Source: Acidobacteriota bacterium (GTDB lineage: Bacteria; Acidobacteriota; UBA890; WLXD01). From it: a DNA stretch of 64,000 bases. The stretch lies in contig CBDFKD010000002.1 in assembly GCA_965248695.1 (NCBI GenBank), forward strand, positions 1,568,001 through 1,632,000, in the 5' to 3' direction. The translations under genes were made by a program, and so were the position numbers. The notes beneath the pieces are model-generated. The model saw only the letters and a list, made by a program, of their open reading frames with translations, was not told the origin of the DNA and made no database searches. Below, one piece after another: positions 46,186 through 56,569 of this stretch (positions within the stretch are counted from its first letter, which is position 1; each line of letters starts with the position of its first letter).

Positions 46186-47796
46186 TCATCTCGAAGCAGC
46201 GATCAGATCCAGCTCGCCGACGATCGGCAATCGAAACGCCGCGGCCTCCTGGCCGTTGCGCACCAGCAGGACGTCGCCGTAGAGGGCGAAGTTGTTCCAG
46301 GTGTGGCCGTTGATCGCCTGGAAGCGGCCGAGGACGTTGTTGCGGTTCTCGGGTGACGCCTCGACCATGACCATCTCGCCGTCCTCGGTGAGCACCAGCA
46401 GCACCTCGCCCACCATGAGGATCTGACCGTGGTGGTAACGGCCGGCCTTCCAAACACGCTCGCCGGTGGCCAGGTCGACGCATTCGAGGATGCCCTCCGA
46501 CAGACCGTAGGCGTAGCCGTTGCGCATGGCGACGTTGGTGAGCTTGGTGCGCAACACGCGCGCCTGGTGCCAGAGCTGGCGGGCGGTGAATGTGCCCCCG
46601 GCCGCTAGGTCGAGCTCGTAGAGCGCCGCACCGCCACCATAGCCCTTGGAGATGAACACGCGGTTCGACCCTACCGGCACTGCCTGCGAGACGTTGGAGT
46701 CGGCGGACGAGATCCCCGGCCAGTCGAACTCCCACAGCACCGCTCCGGTATCCGGATCGTGCCCGCTGACCACGTTCTGGTTCACCACCAGAACCTGCTC
46801 ACGCCCGCCCAGCTGCGCCAGTCGCGGCGATGCCATGCCTACCTGGTGGTCACCGGCCTCCCAGAGCAACGCGCCGGTGTGCTTGTCGAACGCTGCGACG
46901 GAGACGCGACGAGCACGCGATCCACCGACCCCGATGATCAACATATCGCGCACGATCAACGGCGAACCCGAGCGACCGTGCGTCATCGCCTGCATCTCTT
47001 CCTCGGCAGAGACGGCATACTCGGCCAGCAGGTCATGTTCCCAGAGCAGGTCGCCCGTTGCGCCTTCCAGGGCGACGAGATTACCCGACACCCCGAGCAC
47101 GTAGACGGTGCCTCCGTCGATAGTGGGCGTGCTGCGGGGCCCGCGGCCGCCCATGATGTTGAAGTACTCGCCGCCGATGTGCCGTTCCCACAGCTGGGCC
47201 CCGGTGGGCACGTCGTAGAGGGTCACGACCTCACGCCCCTCGCGCTCCTCGAGCGTGGCGGCGAACCCGTTCACCACCGCGAATCCGCTCCAGCCGGCGC
47301 CAATCTGCTGCCGCCACAGAAGCTCTGGTGACCGAGCCTCCCAGTCCGTGTCCAGCACGACGTTGTCGACACGTAGATCGCGGTTGGCTCCCAGGAAGCC
47401 GGGGAAATCGTAGGGTGTCGTCCTCAGCACATCGATTGGCATCGACCCCGGCGCCGCCACCTCGGGGACACGGTCGACCCTGGCAGTCGAACCGAGCGTG
47501 AAGATCGGCATCATGTCGCCACGGAAGCCAGCAAACTCGACCAGCGACGATAACGCCAGCCAGGCCACCACGAACGCGCCCCCAGTGCCGTAACGGGCGG
47601 CACGCGACCATCCGGACAGGAAGACGAACCACGCGACCGTGACCGGAATGGCGAGGAAAAACAGCACGCCGAGAGTGATGCCGTTCATGATGCCGACCTC
47701 GACGTCCATGACATAACGCACGACGACGATGACGGTGAGCACGAAAGCCCAGAGGCCCCAGATCAGCCGAGGAACACGCGGTCGGGAGTCAGACAT
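46186..47796 (-). CDS. Membrane-anchored PQQ-like beta-propeller protein
   Basis: Three N-terminal TMs, FPGFLGANR, LLWRQQIGAGWSG, GPRSTPTI, repeated TGxxLWE blades. Confidence 0.85.
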   Translation of the reverse strand: MSDSRPRVPRLIWGLWAFVLTVIVVVRYVMDVEVGIMNGITLGVLFFLAIPVTVAWFVFLSGWSRAARYGTGGAFVVAWLALSSLVEFAGFRGDMMPIFTLGSTARVDRVPEVAAPGSMPIDVLRTTPYDFPGFLGANRDLRVDNVVLDTDWEARSPELLWRQQIGAGWSGFAVVNGFAATLEEREGREVVTLYDVPTGAQLWERHIGGEYFNIMGGRGPRSTPTIDGGTVYVLGVSGNLVALEGATGDLLWEHDLLAEYAVSAEEEMQAMTHGRSGSPLIVRDMLIIGVGGSRARRVSVAAFDKHTGALLWEAGDHQVGMASPRLAQLGGREQVLVVNQNVVSGHDPDTGAVLWEFDWPGISSADSNVSQAVPVGSNRVFISKGYGGGAALYELDLAAGGTFTARQLWHQARVLRTKLTNVAMRNGYAYGLSEGILECVDLATGERVWKAGRYHHGQILMVGEVLLVLTEDGEMVMVEASPENRNNVLGRFQAINGHTWNNFALYGDVLLVRNGQEAAAFRLPIVGELDLIAASR

Positions 47797-47940
47797 CAGT
47801 CAACCTCGAGGTAGGCAAGCTGCATAGCGTCTCTCCCCACAAGTATGGCCGATCGCGCGGCGGTTGGAATGCAGATGCAGTTGGATGGACGCAGCCTCTG
47901 GCCGGCGGCATCTGAGAGGCGCTGAACGGCGGCAAGAAGT

Positions 47941-48921
47941 TCAGTCGGCCCCGGCGTGCTCCACCAACCACGGGAACACGTATGCGAAGACCGGTGCGCT
48001 CTCGCCGCTACGCACATTGCGCATGCCGTGCCCCACGCCCGCGAGCACCTGATGCGAATAGGGCTTACCGGAGGCCGCTAGCCGGTCGAGAATCGCCACC
48101 GTCTCGGGAATCGGAATGCTGCGGTCGGCGTCGCCGAGCACCCACAGGCCGGGTATGTCGATGGTCTCCAACGGGATCACCGGATCGAAGCCATGCGGCC
48201 CTTCGTAGGCGGCCAGTCGCTCCGAGAGATCGCTGTCGGTGCCTTCGTCTCGCGCGCCCTCACGCTCGCCAGTCAGCTCGCTGTAGTAGATCTCCTCACC
48301 CACCGTCACCGTGGGACCGGAGACGATCACCATGAACGACACGTCGGGCGATTTGGCCGCCGTAAGAGGTGCAATCCAGCCTCCTTGGCTGATTCCGTAG
48401 ACGCCGATGCGGTCGGCGCGTATGTCGGGGCGCTGCTTCAGAGCCTCGACCCCGGCGACAACGTCATCGGCAAGTTGCCCGAGCGCCTGATCGCTGTTGG
48501 CTGGACCGACGCCGGTGTAGGTACCGCCAGAGTCACCGACGCCGCGCTTGTCGTAGGTCAGCAGCGCATAGCCATTGATTGCCAGGATCTCGGAGAACCC
48601 TGCGTAGTCGTCGCGCGTCGCACGCCCGGAGCCATGCGCCACGACCAGTGCCGGATGCGGCCCGCCGAAGGCCGGCAAGCGCAAGCGCGCTGCCAGCTCC
48701 ACGTCGCCGCTGCGAATGGTCAGCTCTTCGTCGACATACGCCAGGCCGCCGGCCGGTTGCTCCAGGTCATCAGCCCAGAACCAGAGGAGAATGACCGGCA
48801 GCGAGCCCACCGCCAGCACCACGGCAGTGATCAGCAGACCGGCCTTGAGCAGGCGGCCGGCCTCACGGGTGAACGGGGTCCCCTTTACTTCGCGCGGGCG
48901 ATCCATCCGCGGTCGGTCCAT
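47941..48921 (-). CDS. Alpha/beta hydrolase (peptidase S9/S15-like)
   Basis: HGSG, YDKRGVGDSGG, GISQGGW, GDADRSIP, GVGH. Confidence 0.88.
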   Translation of the reverse strand: MDRPRMDRPREVKGTPFTREAGRLLKAGLLITAVVLAVGSLPVILLWFWADDLEQPAGGLAYVDEELTIRSGDVELAARLRLPAFGGPHPALVVAHGSGRATRDDYAGFSEILAINGYALLTYDKRGVGDSGGTYTGVGPANSDQALGQLADDVVAGVEALKQRPDIRADRIGVYGISQGGWIAPLTAAKSPDVSFMVIVSGPTVTVGEEIYYSELTGEREGARDEGTDSDLSERLAAYEGPHGFDPVIPLETIDIPGLWVLGDADRSIPIPETVAILDRLAASGKPYSHQVLAGVGHGMRNVRSGESAPVFAYVFPWLVEHAGAD

Positions 48922-49020
48922 CGTCGCCTCCTGGCGGCTGAGGGGTCCGCCACAAGCGGGGGAGCGTGCGGTAGCCGCGGCAAGGATACGCTACCGGCAA
49001 CGCTGGCAGAGGCTCGTCCC

Positions 49021-49566
49021 GTGAACGACATCGTGCTGACCACAGAAAGGCTGTCGCTCCGCCCCTGGCGCAGCGACGACAGCGACGAGCTTCGTACCAT
49101 TACCAGCAAGGACAGTGTGGTGCAGCACGTCGGTGGCGGACGCTTTTGGACCGACGCACGGGTCGCAGAATTCATCACCCGACAGCAGCGACACTTGCGC
49201 GAGCTCGGCTATTGCTTCTGGGCGGTCGAGCCGCGCGGCGAGAGGAAAACCGCTGGTTACGTCGGCCTGCAGCCGCTCGGCGAAACCCGAGAGGTAGAGA
49301 TCGGCTGGCTGCTCGACGAGCCCTATTGGGGCCGCGGGCTGGCGACCGAGGCCGCCAGCAGAGCCCTGCGCCACGGCTTTGAGCACATCGGTCTGGAGCG
49401 CGTGGTGGCCATCGCTGTGCCGGAGAACGATGCGTCGATCAACGTCATGCGCAAGCTTCGGATGCGCTACGAGCGACATCTGGAGTGGAAAGGCTTTGAA
49501 GTAGTGCTCCACGCGGGCTTCAATCCGGCCGCGCGGACCGAGCCGGTCATGGCAACGCCCGGGTAA
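49021..49566 (+). CDS. GNAT N-acetyltransferase (RimJ/RimL type)
   Basis: LTTERLSLRPW, EIGWLL, YWGRGLATEA, ENDASINVMRKL; start re-called to GTG 49021. Confidence 0.9.
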   Translation: MNDIVLTTERLSLRPWRSDDSDELRTITSKDSVVQHVGGGRFWTDARVAEFITRQQRHLRELGYCFWAVEPRGERKTAGYVGLQPLGETREVEIGWLLDEPYWGRGLATEAASRALRHGFEHIGLERVVAIAVPENDASINVMRKLRMRYERHLEWKGFEVVLHAGFNPAARTEPVMATPG

Positions 49567-49574
49567 CGCGTGAC

Positions 49575-50225
49575 TCAAGCCGCGGCGACCGCGCCCATGA
49601 ACGCCTCGAGCTTGGCGGCGTCAAGACGGTCGTCGGAGCGGACCCCGCTGCACACATCGACTCCGTAAGGGCGCACCGTCTCGATCGCCGCCGCCACGTT
49701 GTCGGATCGCAGACCACCGGCGAGGAACACCGGCACATCCAGGCATTCGCGGATCTGCCGACTGATCGTCCAATCGTGCACCCGTCCCGTCCCGCCGAGC
49801 TCCTTGGCCGCGAGCGTCGGGTTGCCCGAATCGAGGAGCACGGCGTCGACACGCGCGGCGACCGCTTCGGCCTCGGCGATCGATTCGAGCCCGGTCACGT
49901 GGACTACCTGGACGATGGACACTCCGGGCATCCCGGCGTGCAGCTCGGCGTAGGTTCCATCCCGGAGCCGGTCGACGATCTGAACCGTGTTCGTCCGACA
50001 ACGTCGCTGCTGCGCGATGATCGGCCCGGCCGACTGCAACGAGGTGAGCACGAACGTTCCAAGGGCGGGCGGTACACTCGCCGCGATCGCCGCAATCTCC
50101 GCCTCTTCGATCACCCCGGGACCGGTCGGCATCGCCGATACCAGACCGAGCGCCGATGCACCCGCAGCAACGGCCGTGCGTGCCTCGTCGACCGACGAGA
50201 TACAGCAGATCTTGACGCGGACCAA
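49575..50225 (-). CDS. trpF: Phosphoribosylanthranilate isomerase
   Basis: RVKICCI, LLDSG, LGGTGRVHDW, FLAGGL, GVDVCSGV. Confidence 0.88.
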   Translation of the reverse strand: MVRVKICCISSVDEARTAVAAGASALGLVSAMPTGPGVIEEAEIAAIAASVPPALGTFVLTSLQSAGPIIAQQRRCRTNTVQIVDRLRDGTYAELHAGMPGVSIVQVVHVTGLESIAEAEAVAARVDAVLLDSGNPTLAAKELGGTGRVHDWTISRQIRECLDVPVFLAGGLRSDNVAAAIETVRPYGVDVCSGVRSDDRLDAAKLEAFMGAVAAA

Positions 50226-50259
50226 AGCTGTCTCCGGGCCCGGCTAGTCGTTCCGCGCG

Positions 50260-50688
50260 CTACTCGGGTGGACTCTTCGTGGGCATGCGTTCGTACGGCG
50301 TGATGTCGTCGTCCAGATGCACCCAGGGTACCCGGCTGCCGACGTAGACCTGCAGGTCGGGCCGCACGGATTCCGGTGCGTCCATGCTCCCCACCGTCAC
50401 GTCGAGCTCGGGGGACCCCTCGCGGTCGTAGGTCAATGTGGTGCCGCACTGGTTGCAGAAGCCGCGTCGTATAGGCGTGGGCCAATCCGAGGTGTGGTGG
50501 TAGTAGCTCGGTGTTCCCTTGGTCCATTCGAGATCTTCCCGGTTGATCTCGATCCAGGCGACGAGCGGCGCACCGCTCACACGCTGGCAGTCACGGCAAT
50601 GACAGATCGCGACGCCAAGAGAGCCTCTGCCTCGGTAGCGCACCGCGCCGCAGAAGCAACCGCCGTCGAAACCGGAGTCATCGCTCAT
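50260..50688 (-). CDS. GFA (glutathione-dependent formaldehyde-activating) family protein
   Basis: GGCFCGAVRY, CHCRDCQR, RGFCNQCGT. Confidence 0.92.
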   Translation of the reverse strand: MSDDSGFDGGCFCGAVRYRGRGSLGVAICHCRDCQRVSGAPLVAWIEINREDLEWTKGTPSYYHHTSDWPTPIRRGFCNQCGTTLTYDREGSPELDVTVGSMDAPESVRPDLQVYVGSRVPWVHLDDDITPYERMPTKSPPE

Positions 50689-50774
50689 CGTACAGGCCTC
50701 CCTGCGAGCCGAGGAGGAAATCACCGGCTCGGCGTCTGACAACTGCGGAACAGCTGACAGATGCTACCGCAGAG

Positions 50775-51833
50775 CTACATGAAACGACTTGTCCCGTTCC
50801 AGCGCGCCACCTCAGCGGGATCGCGAACGCCGAGAGCTATCCACTCGCGCGCCTCCTGCGGGTCGCTGCCCGCGGACGCCCAGGTGGCTGCGATACGGCC
50901 GCCGATGTAGGCCGACAGCCACGGCTCGGCTTCCTCGGGCGTGAAACCCCGCCACATGAAGCCGGCCGCCACCAGCGGGTCCTCGGCGCCGACATCCATC
51001 CAGTCGATCGCCCGACGAGCGTTCAACCCGGCGGCGAACCAGCGCCCGGCCGCATAGGGACCGAAACCGGCGGTCTCCCAAACAGCGTTCTGCGCCTCGG
51101 GAATACCGACGTCGGCGTACTCGAACACACCGGTGTAGAGACTGAAGACATGGCAGATCTCGACCACCCGCTCGGCGAGATCGGCGGGCAGCAGGAGCGA
51201 CGAGTCGAGCAGGCGTTCCAGGTCGCGATCGTCGGGCTCGATTTCACGGTCGCTGAACCGTTCCAGGAGCGCCTCTGCCTCGTCGATGTGGAGACGACAG
51301 CTCAACAGTCGGTGACGCCAGCGTCCCGCCTCCAGCGGCGCGTGGACCTCTGTCCAGCGCAGCATGCCGAGGACTCTTGCCTCTGCCGCATAGGCCGCTT
51401 CGCACTGCACCGCGAGGCGCACACTGCGAGCGAACGAATCATCGAGCAACACCTTCAAGTCGCTCGACTGGATGAGCTCGCTGATCAGCGAGCGCAGTCG
51501 CCCCTCGGCCACATGCAGCAGACGCCAGGCGCGCGATGCGTCGTCGCTCAGGAGGGGGCGTTCGGAAAGCTCGAATAGCGTCTCACCCTGCATCGTTTCG
51601 CGCTCCCATCCCTGGATGCGCCGTAGGCCATGTTCCGCCTGAGCGAGCTCGTCGTCGCGGTCGACTTCCGGCTCGAGCCGGCGCAGCGAACGCTCAAAGA
51701 CCCACAAACCGGTGTACGCCGACGACAGCGTGTTGACGAACGACTGCGTCAGGCGCAGATCGTCCACCTGGACGCGTCTGGGCGCCGCCCTGGGGATCGA
51801 TCGGACCGGATTGGCTCGTTGCTCGGTGATCAT
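50775..51833 (-). CDS. Hypothetical protein with C-terminal 13-14-residue Trp repeats
   Basis: 352-aa ORF with host-like codon use; helical N-terminus; repeats of W-x3-G-x2-P-x2-A-x2. Confidence 0.75.
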   Translation of the reverse strand: MITEQRANPVRSIPRAAPRRVQVDDLRLTQSFVNTLSSAYTGLWVFERSLRRLEPEVDRDDELAQAEHGLRRIQGWERETMQGETLFELSERPLLSDDASRAWRLLHVAEGRLRSLISELIQSSDLKVLLDDSFARSVRLAVQCEAAYAAEARVLGMLRWTEVHAPLEAGRWRHRLLSCRLHIDEAEALLERFSDREIEPDDRDLERLLDSSLLLPADLAERVVEICHVFSLYTGVFEYADVGIPEAQNAVWETAGFGPYAAGRWFAAGLNARRAIDWMDVGAEDPLVAAGFMWRGFTPEEAEPWLSAYIGGRIAATWASAGSDPQEAREWIALGVRDPAEVARWNGTSRFM

Positions 51834-52020
51834 AGCAAATCATATTAGACGTCATTAATAGTTTGTTTTGATTAGAGTTAGTTAATGAACCCTATCTAAG
51901 TCAATAGTTGATCGGAAAAAGAATGAAATAATCATTAACAGCTTTTACGACAATATAAAGATGTGATAGAAAGATCTTTGATGCTAAAAGCATTTTAAAA
52001 AATAGCTTTAATCTTGGTCA
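51834..52020. promoter_or_regulatory. Strongly AT-rich non-coding upstream region
   Basis: Abrupt compositional shift in a high-GC context; TCATTAA motif three times (one inverted). Confidence 0.6.
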
Positions 52021-52104
52021 ATCGACGTTACGCGACATACCTTGGAGACGGTCAGCCGAGGATTCGATTCCTCGGACGGCGGTTGCGCCGACTCGTCCTG
52101 ACTA

Positions 52105-55100
52105 CTAGCGCAGCCCCGCGGACGACGAGGGCCGGTAGCTATCCGACCAGTACATCCCCTCCACCGGCCGCTGACGTGGGTAGATCTCCGCCAGCGTCGC
52201 GCCGTCGTACAAACGTCCGTCCTTCATGACGCGATGCACCAGCGCCGTGTTGCGGATGTTCTGCAGCGGATCGGCGTCGAGCACGATCAGATCGGCGATC
52301 TTCCCGGCCTCGATCGTGCCCAGGTCGTTCTCCACGCCAATACCTTCGGCGCCGTGGATGGTCGCCACCCGGAGCGCGTCGTGGTTGGACATGCCCCCCG
52401 AGGCGATCATCCACAGCTCCCAGTGGTAGCCGAGCCCATCGAACTGCCCATGGCTGCCCACACCGCCGCGCCCGCCGGCTTCGACGATGCGCTTGAGCAC
52501 CTCGGCGTGACCCTTGAAGGCGTACTCGTCGTCCATGAACCAGCCGCCCGGTCCGGGGCTGCCGCCACCCCCCGTGCCGCGCCGCCGCGCCTTGGGCGCC
52601 AGGACTGAATACGGGTAGAAACGTTGGATCTTGGGATCGTTGTACGGGTTCTCGTTGGTGTAGAAGTAGTTCTCACCGAAGGGTCCTCCGTAGCTCACGA
52701 TGAGGGTCGGCGAGTACGTGATGCCCGTCTGCGCGAACAGCTGCACGACGTCCTCGTACAGTGGGTAGATGGGCAGCGAGTGCTCCTGTCCCGGATAGCC
52801 GTCGATCGCCATCGTCAGGTTGTACTCGAGGTCGAGCCCGCCTTCGGTCGTCGGCATGAGCTCCTGCTCGCGCGCCGCGTTGATGATCCACTGGCGCGTC
52901 TGGCGATTGCCCGACATGTACATCTTGATGGTGTTGGTCTGGTAGTACTCCGAATAGCGCTTGAGCACATCGCGGGCGTGGTCGGCGTCACGCCAGCGCT
53001 CGCCCGAGAACACGCCGGGTCCGGTCGAGTAGACACGCGGGCCGATGAGCTCGCCGGTCTCCACCTTGTCGGAGTACGTCAGCACGTCGGTGGTGGCCGT
53101 CTGCGGGTCGCGTGTGGTGGTAACGCCGTAGGCCAGGTTGGCAAGGTACATCCACGCCTGTTGCTTGTGCAGACCCCAGTTCGGCCACATGTGCGCGTGG
53201 GTATCGATGAAGCCCGGCACGATGGTCTTGCCGCGCAGGTCGATGCGCTCGGCTCCGTCCGGCAGCTGCACGCGGCCACGCCGTCCCACCGCCGTGATGC
53301 GGTTGCCTTCTACCACGATGTCGGCGTTGTCGATTACCTCGTCGCCGTTCATCGTGATCACCCGCGCCCGCCGCAACACCACGGAGCTGGTCGAGAGATC
53401 CCGGGTCGCCATGACGACGACGCGTTTCTCGAACGGCTTGTAGCTATTGTCGTCCTCCTCGTCCTCGGCGTCTTCGTCGTCGCCGTCGTGGTCGTCCTGC
53501 GGATCATCATCGTCGGCGTCGTGACCCTCGCCTTCCTCCTCAGCGTCGTGACCCTCACCCTCGCCGTCCCCGTCGGCCTCCTTGTCGGCCTCGGCCTTTT
53601 CCTCCTCCTCCTTCGCCTTACGCTTCTTTTCCGCCTCGATTTCCTCGTCGACGCGCTCGGCCTCCTCGAGCTCGTAGACCACGTGCGCGTTGCCGATCGA
53701 CCAGTGCACGGTGTTGCCATCCGCACTCCATGCCGGAAACTCGCCGCCGATGTCGGTTAGCTTGCGCACCGGAACCGGAGCACCCGACGGGTTCGCGGTC
53801 GAGATCGTCGGTGCCTTGGCTCCGACGAGCGGAATCGCACCGATGGCATAGAGGTCCATGCCAACGCGCGCCAGGGCCTTGTCGCCGGTGGGGGCAATCT
53901 TCACCAGGTTGGCCGGCGGCGGAGGTCCTTCTGAACCCGGGAACGGTGGCCCAGTGACCTTCAGGTGTTCCTTGAGGTCGGTGCCGTCCCAACGCAGCGA
54001 TACCAGACCGGCCCGGCCGGCGTACAAGTAGATGCGGTCGGAATCGGTGCCGAAGTGTGGCGCCGTGCGGCCGGTCATCGGAGCGATCCGAGTCCAGTCG
54101 CCGCCGGCGGCGGGGATCCAGACGAGGTCGGCCGCCGCGCCGCCGCCGAACGACGGCCCGGTGGCCTCCTGGTAATCACGCGCGGGTCCACGCACCGCCA
54201 CGATGCGCTCTCCGTCCGGCGACCACGCCACCTGCATGTAGGTGCCGTTCATGGTCGTAAGCCGGCGCGACGATCCACCGGCCGCCGGGATGGAGGAGAT
54301 GTGGCCGCCGTCTGCCTGGTCCCAGGTTACGTACGCCAGCGTATCGCCGTCGGGCGACCAGGCGGGCATTGCCTCGACGTCGGTGGAGTCCGTCAACCGT
54401 CGCGGCTCGCCGTCGGGCCAGTCCATGACGTAGAGACGATCCAGCGCCGTGAACGCCAGCTGGCTGCCGTCCGGGGAAGGCACGGCGTCGCGAATCTGAC
54501 GGACCTCGAACTCGGGGCGGTCGTCCACCGGGTAGTCGAAGTCGAGCTTGGGTCCGGCTTCGATCTTGACCTCGGCGGTAAACGGGATCTCCTCCGAGTC
54601 GGAACCGTCGATCGGAATGCGCCAGATCTTGCCGCCGTACGACGCCACCAGCGCTGATGAGTCGGGTGTAAACGACATTCCGGGAAGCACGTCGCGCGAC
54701 GCGATCGACTCCTGATCGTCGCGCTGCACCGGATACGCCAGCCAGCTCTCATCGCCGGTTCCCAGATCGCGTAGCCGCAGCCCCGTCTGGTCCTCGTGCC
54801 GCGTCCCGTATGCCAACCACTTTCCGTCCGGCGACAGGGTTGGCCGGAACGCCGATCCGTAGCGCGAGCTCCGCCGGGTCACCTCGCCCGTCTGGCGGTC
54901 GTAAACCGCCAGCTGGTACTGGGGAAATATGGCGTTGTACTGCCATGGTCCGGTGCGGGTGGCGAACCAGATCCAGCGCTCGTCGGCACCGAACGCGGGC
55001 CCCATCTGCCGTCTGGTCTTGCTGGCCTCGCCGATCTGGATACCGGCGCCACCCTTCTCGGCGTGGATCAAGAACAGGTTCTGCGATCGGAACCCCGCTC

Positions 55101-55758
55101 CCGCTCGGGACGCGACGATGTAGTCACCGTCGGGGGTCCACTCGGACGAGGCGAAGTTACTGCTCTTGTCCTCCGTTACCTGGCGGAAGCGCTCGTCTTC
55201 GTCCTCCTCGTCGAGCGTCACCACCCACAAGTTCTCCGACCCGCTGCGGTCCGAAACGAACAGCACCTCCGTTCCGTCGGGGCTGTAGCTCGGCATGCTG
55301 TCGAAGCTCATCCCATTCGTGATACGCCCGGCTTCCCCACCGGTGATCGGCACGGTGTAGAGATCGCCTAGCAGGTCGAAGACCACCGTCGCACCGTCGG
55401 GGCTGACGTCCAGCGACAGCCAGGAGCCCTCGGTGGCGGTGAACTCCACGGCGCGCTCGGGCTTCAGCGGCAGGTCTTTCTTGTCCCAGTCGTCGGCCGA
55501 CTCTTCTGCGTCGTCGTCACCCTCATCGTCGTCGCCTTCCTCGTCCTGTCCGATGACGATGTATCCGTAGGGATAGCCCGTGATCGGATCCAAGGGAACG
55601 CCGTGCATCCACGGCGGTAGCACGACGCGGTCCTGGCCATCGTGTTCCAGCAACGCTGCCTGGCCACCCGCGGGCATGGCCTGGCCGGCCGATCCGGCGG
55701 CGGGACCTGCCAGCACGAGGAGAGCCATCAAGGTTACGAGCGGTCTGATGTTACGCAT
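52105..55758 (-). CDS. Exported TolB/PD40-repeat plus amidohydrolase protein
   Basis: EGSWLSLDVSPDG, repeated PxxSPDG blades, PGFIDTHAH, YGVTTTRDP, GSHGQFDGLGYHWE; acidic linkers. Confidence 0.9.
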   Translation of the reverse strand: MRNIRPLVTLMALLVLAGPAAGSAGQAMPAGGQAALLEHDGQDRVVLPPWMHGVPLDPITGYPYGYIVIGQDEEGDDDEGDDDAEESADDWDKKDLPLKPERAVEFTATEGSWLSLDVSPDGATVVFDLLGDLYTVPITGGEAGRITNGMSFDSMPSYSPDGTEVLFVSDRSGSENLWVVTLDEEDEDERFRQVTEDKSSNFASSEWTPDGDYIVASRAGAGFRSQNLFLIHAEKGGAGIQIGEASKTRRQMGPAFGADERWIWFATRTGPWQYNAIFPQYQLAVYDRQTGEVTRRSSRYGSAFRPTLSPDGKWLAYGTRHEDQTGLRLRDLGTGDESWLAYPVQRDDQESIASRDVLPGMSFTPDSSALVASYGGKIWRIPIDGSDSEEIPFTAEVKIEAGPKLDFDYPVDDRPEFEVRQIRDAVPSPDGSQLAFTALDRLYVMDWPDGEPRRLTDSTDVEAMPAWSPDGDTLAYVTWDQADGGHISSIPAAGGSSRRLTTMNGTYMQVAWSPDGERIVAVRGPARDYQEATGPSFGGGAAADLVWIPAAGGDWTRIAPMTGRTAPHFGTDSDRIYLYAGRAGLVSLRWDGTDLKEHLKVTGPPFPGSEGPPPPANLVKIAPTGDKALARVGMDLYAIGAIPLVGAKAPTISTANPSGAPVPVRKLTDIGGEFPAWSADGNTVHWSIGNAHVVYELEEAERVDEEIEAEKKRKAKEEEEKAEADKEADGDGEGEGHDAEEEGEGHDADDDDPQDDHDGDDEDAEDEEDDNSYKPFEKRVVVMATRDLSTSSVVLRRARVITMNGDEVIDNADIVVEGNRITAVGRRGRVQLPDGAERIDLRGKTIVPGFIDTHAHMWPNWGLHKQQAWMYLANLAYGVTTTRDPQTATTDVLTYSDKVETGELIGPRVYSTGPGVFSGERWRDADHARDVLKRYSEYYQTNTIKMYMSGNRQTRQWIINAAREQELMPTTEGGLDLEYNLTMAIDGYPGQEHSLPIYPLYEDVVQLFAQTGITYSPTLIVSYGGPFGENYFYTNENPYNDPKIQRFYPYSVLAPKARRRGTGGGGSPGPGGWFMDDEYAFKGHAEVLKRIVEAGGRGGVGSHGQFDGLGYHWELWMIASGGMSNHDALRVATIHGAEGIGVENDLGTIEAGKIADLIVLDADPLQNIRNTALVHRVMKDGRLYDGATLAEIYPRQRPVEGMYWSDSYRPSSSAGLR

Positions 55759-55806
55759 GATCGTCCTCGCGTATTTGGATTGCCGGGCCGCTGTGGCGAC
55801 GCGGCC

Positions 55807-56397
55807 TCAGGCAGTCGAGCGCGGCACGAACCGGGGAACGCGACGGGCATACGTGACGTACGCATCCCCGAACCGGTCGCGCAGCTCGCGCTCCTCTAGG
55901 TGAACGACTAGCAGAAGGGCGGGAAAGGTGATGACGAGCAGGATCCAGCTCGCCAGATAGTTGGTGAACAGCGCCGCCGCCAGCACCCCGAAGATGACCG
56001 AAACGTATCGCGGGTGCCGTATCCGCCCGTAGATTCCCTGGTCGAGCAGCTGGTCGCTCTCCGGTTCAGGTGCCAGCTCGGGCACGCCCCTGAGCATGCG
56101 CAGCGTCAGGTGTTTGCGGCACTGCAACTCGACGAAGAGCGCCATTGCGTAGGCCAGCGCCGCCAGTAGCCACAGCGTGGGTCCAGTTCCGAACTCGACT
56201 GCCAGCAGCCGACCACGGAATGGCCAGGTGGCCGCTCCCACGACCCAGAACATCCCGATCAGAATGATGTAGCTGATCCGCGTCCCGAGAGCGCGCCAGA
56301 ACCCGACGAACGGATGCACGAGGAACCAGTAACCGAAGGCGAACGGGAGCGTCAGCACGCACAGGAGCGCGATCCCGTAGCGGAAGGAGTCGAGCAA
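55807..56397 (-). CDS. Isoprenylcysteine carboxylmethyltransferase/PEMT family membrane protein
   Basis: GIYGRIRHPRY, EERELRDRFGDAYVTYARRVPRFVP. Confidence 0.88.
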   Translation of the reverse strand: MLDSFRYGIALLCVLTLPFAFGYWFLVHPFVGFWRALGTRISYIILIGMFWVVGAATWPFRGRLLAVEFGTGPTLWLLAALAYAMALFVELQCRKHLTLRMLRGVPELAPEPESDQLLDQGIYGRIRHPRYVSVIFGVLAAALFTNYLASWILLVITFPALLLVVHLEERELRDRFGDAYVTYARRVPRFVPRSTA

Positions 56398-56569
56398 CGA
56401 GCCAACCTGTTCAGTCGTATCGGCGGGGGCGCACCCTAGCCTATCCCGCTAGCCCGACCGCGTCACGCGGGCATCTCGCTCGCAGGCTTGCCGACGGGAC
56501 GGCGCCGGTGTGCGCGGTGCAGGCGGCCACGTCCGGTTCGCCGCCCGGCGGGCCCGTCACATTACTGCC

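Noticed and set aside
51834-52020. Replication origin
   Set aside because: AT-rich, but no DnaA boxes (TTATCCACA-like) seen and no dnaA/dnaN/rep context
53440-53680. Asp/Glu-rich repetitive DNA inside the large amidohydrolase gene
   Set aside because: In-frame low-complexity acidic linker (e.g. EGEGHDA twice), not a separate element
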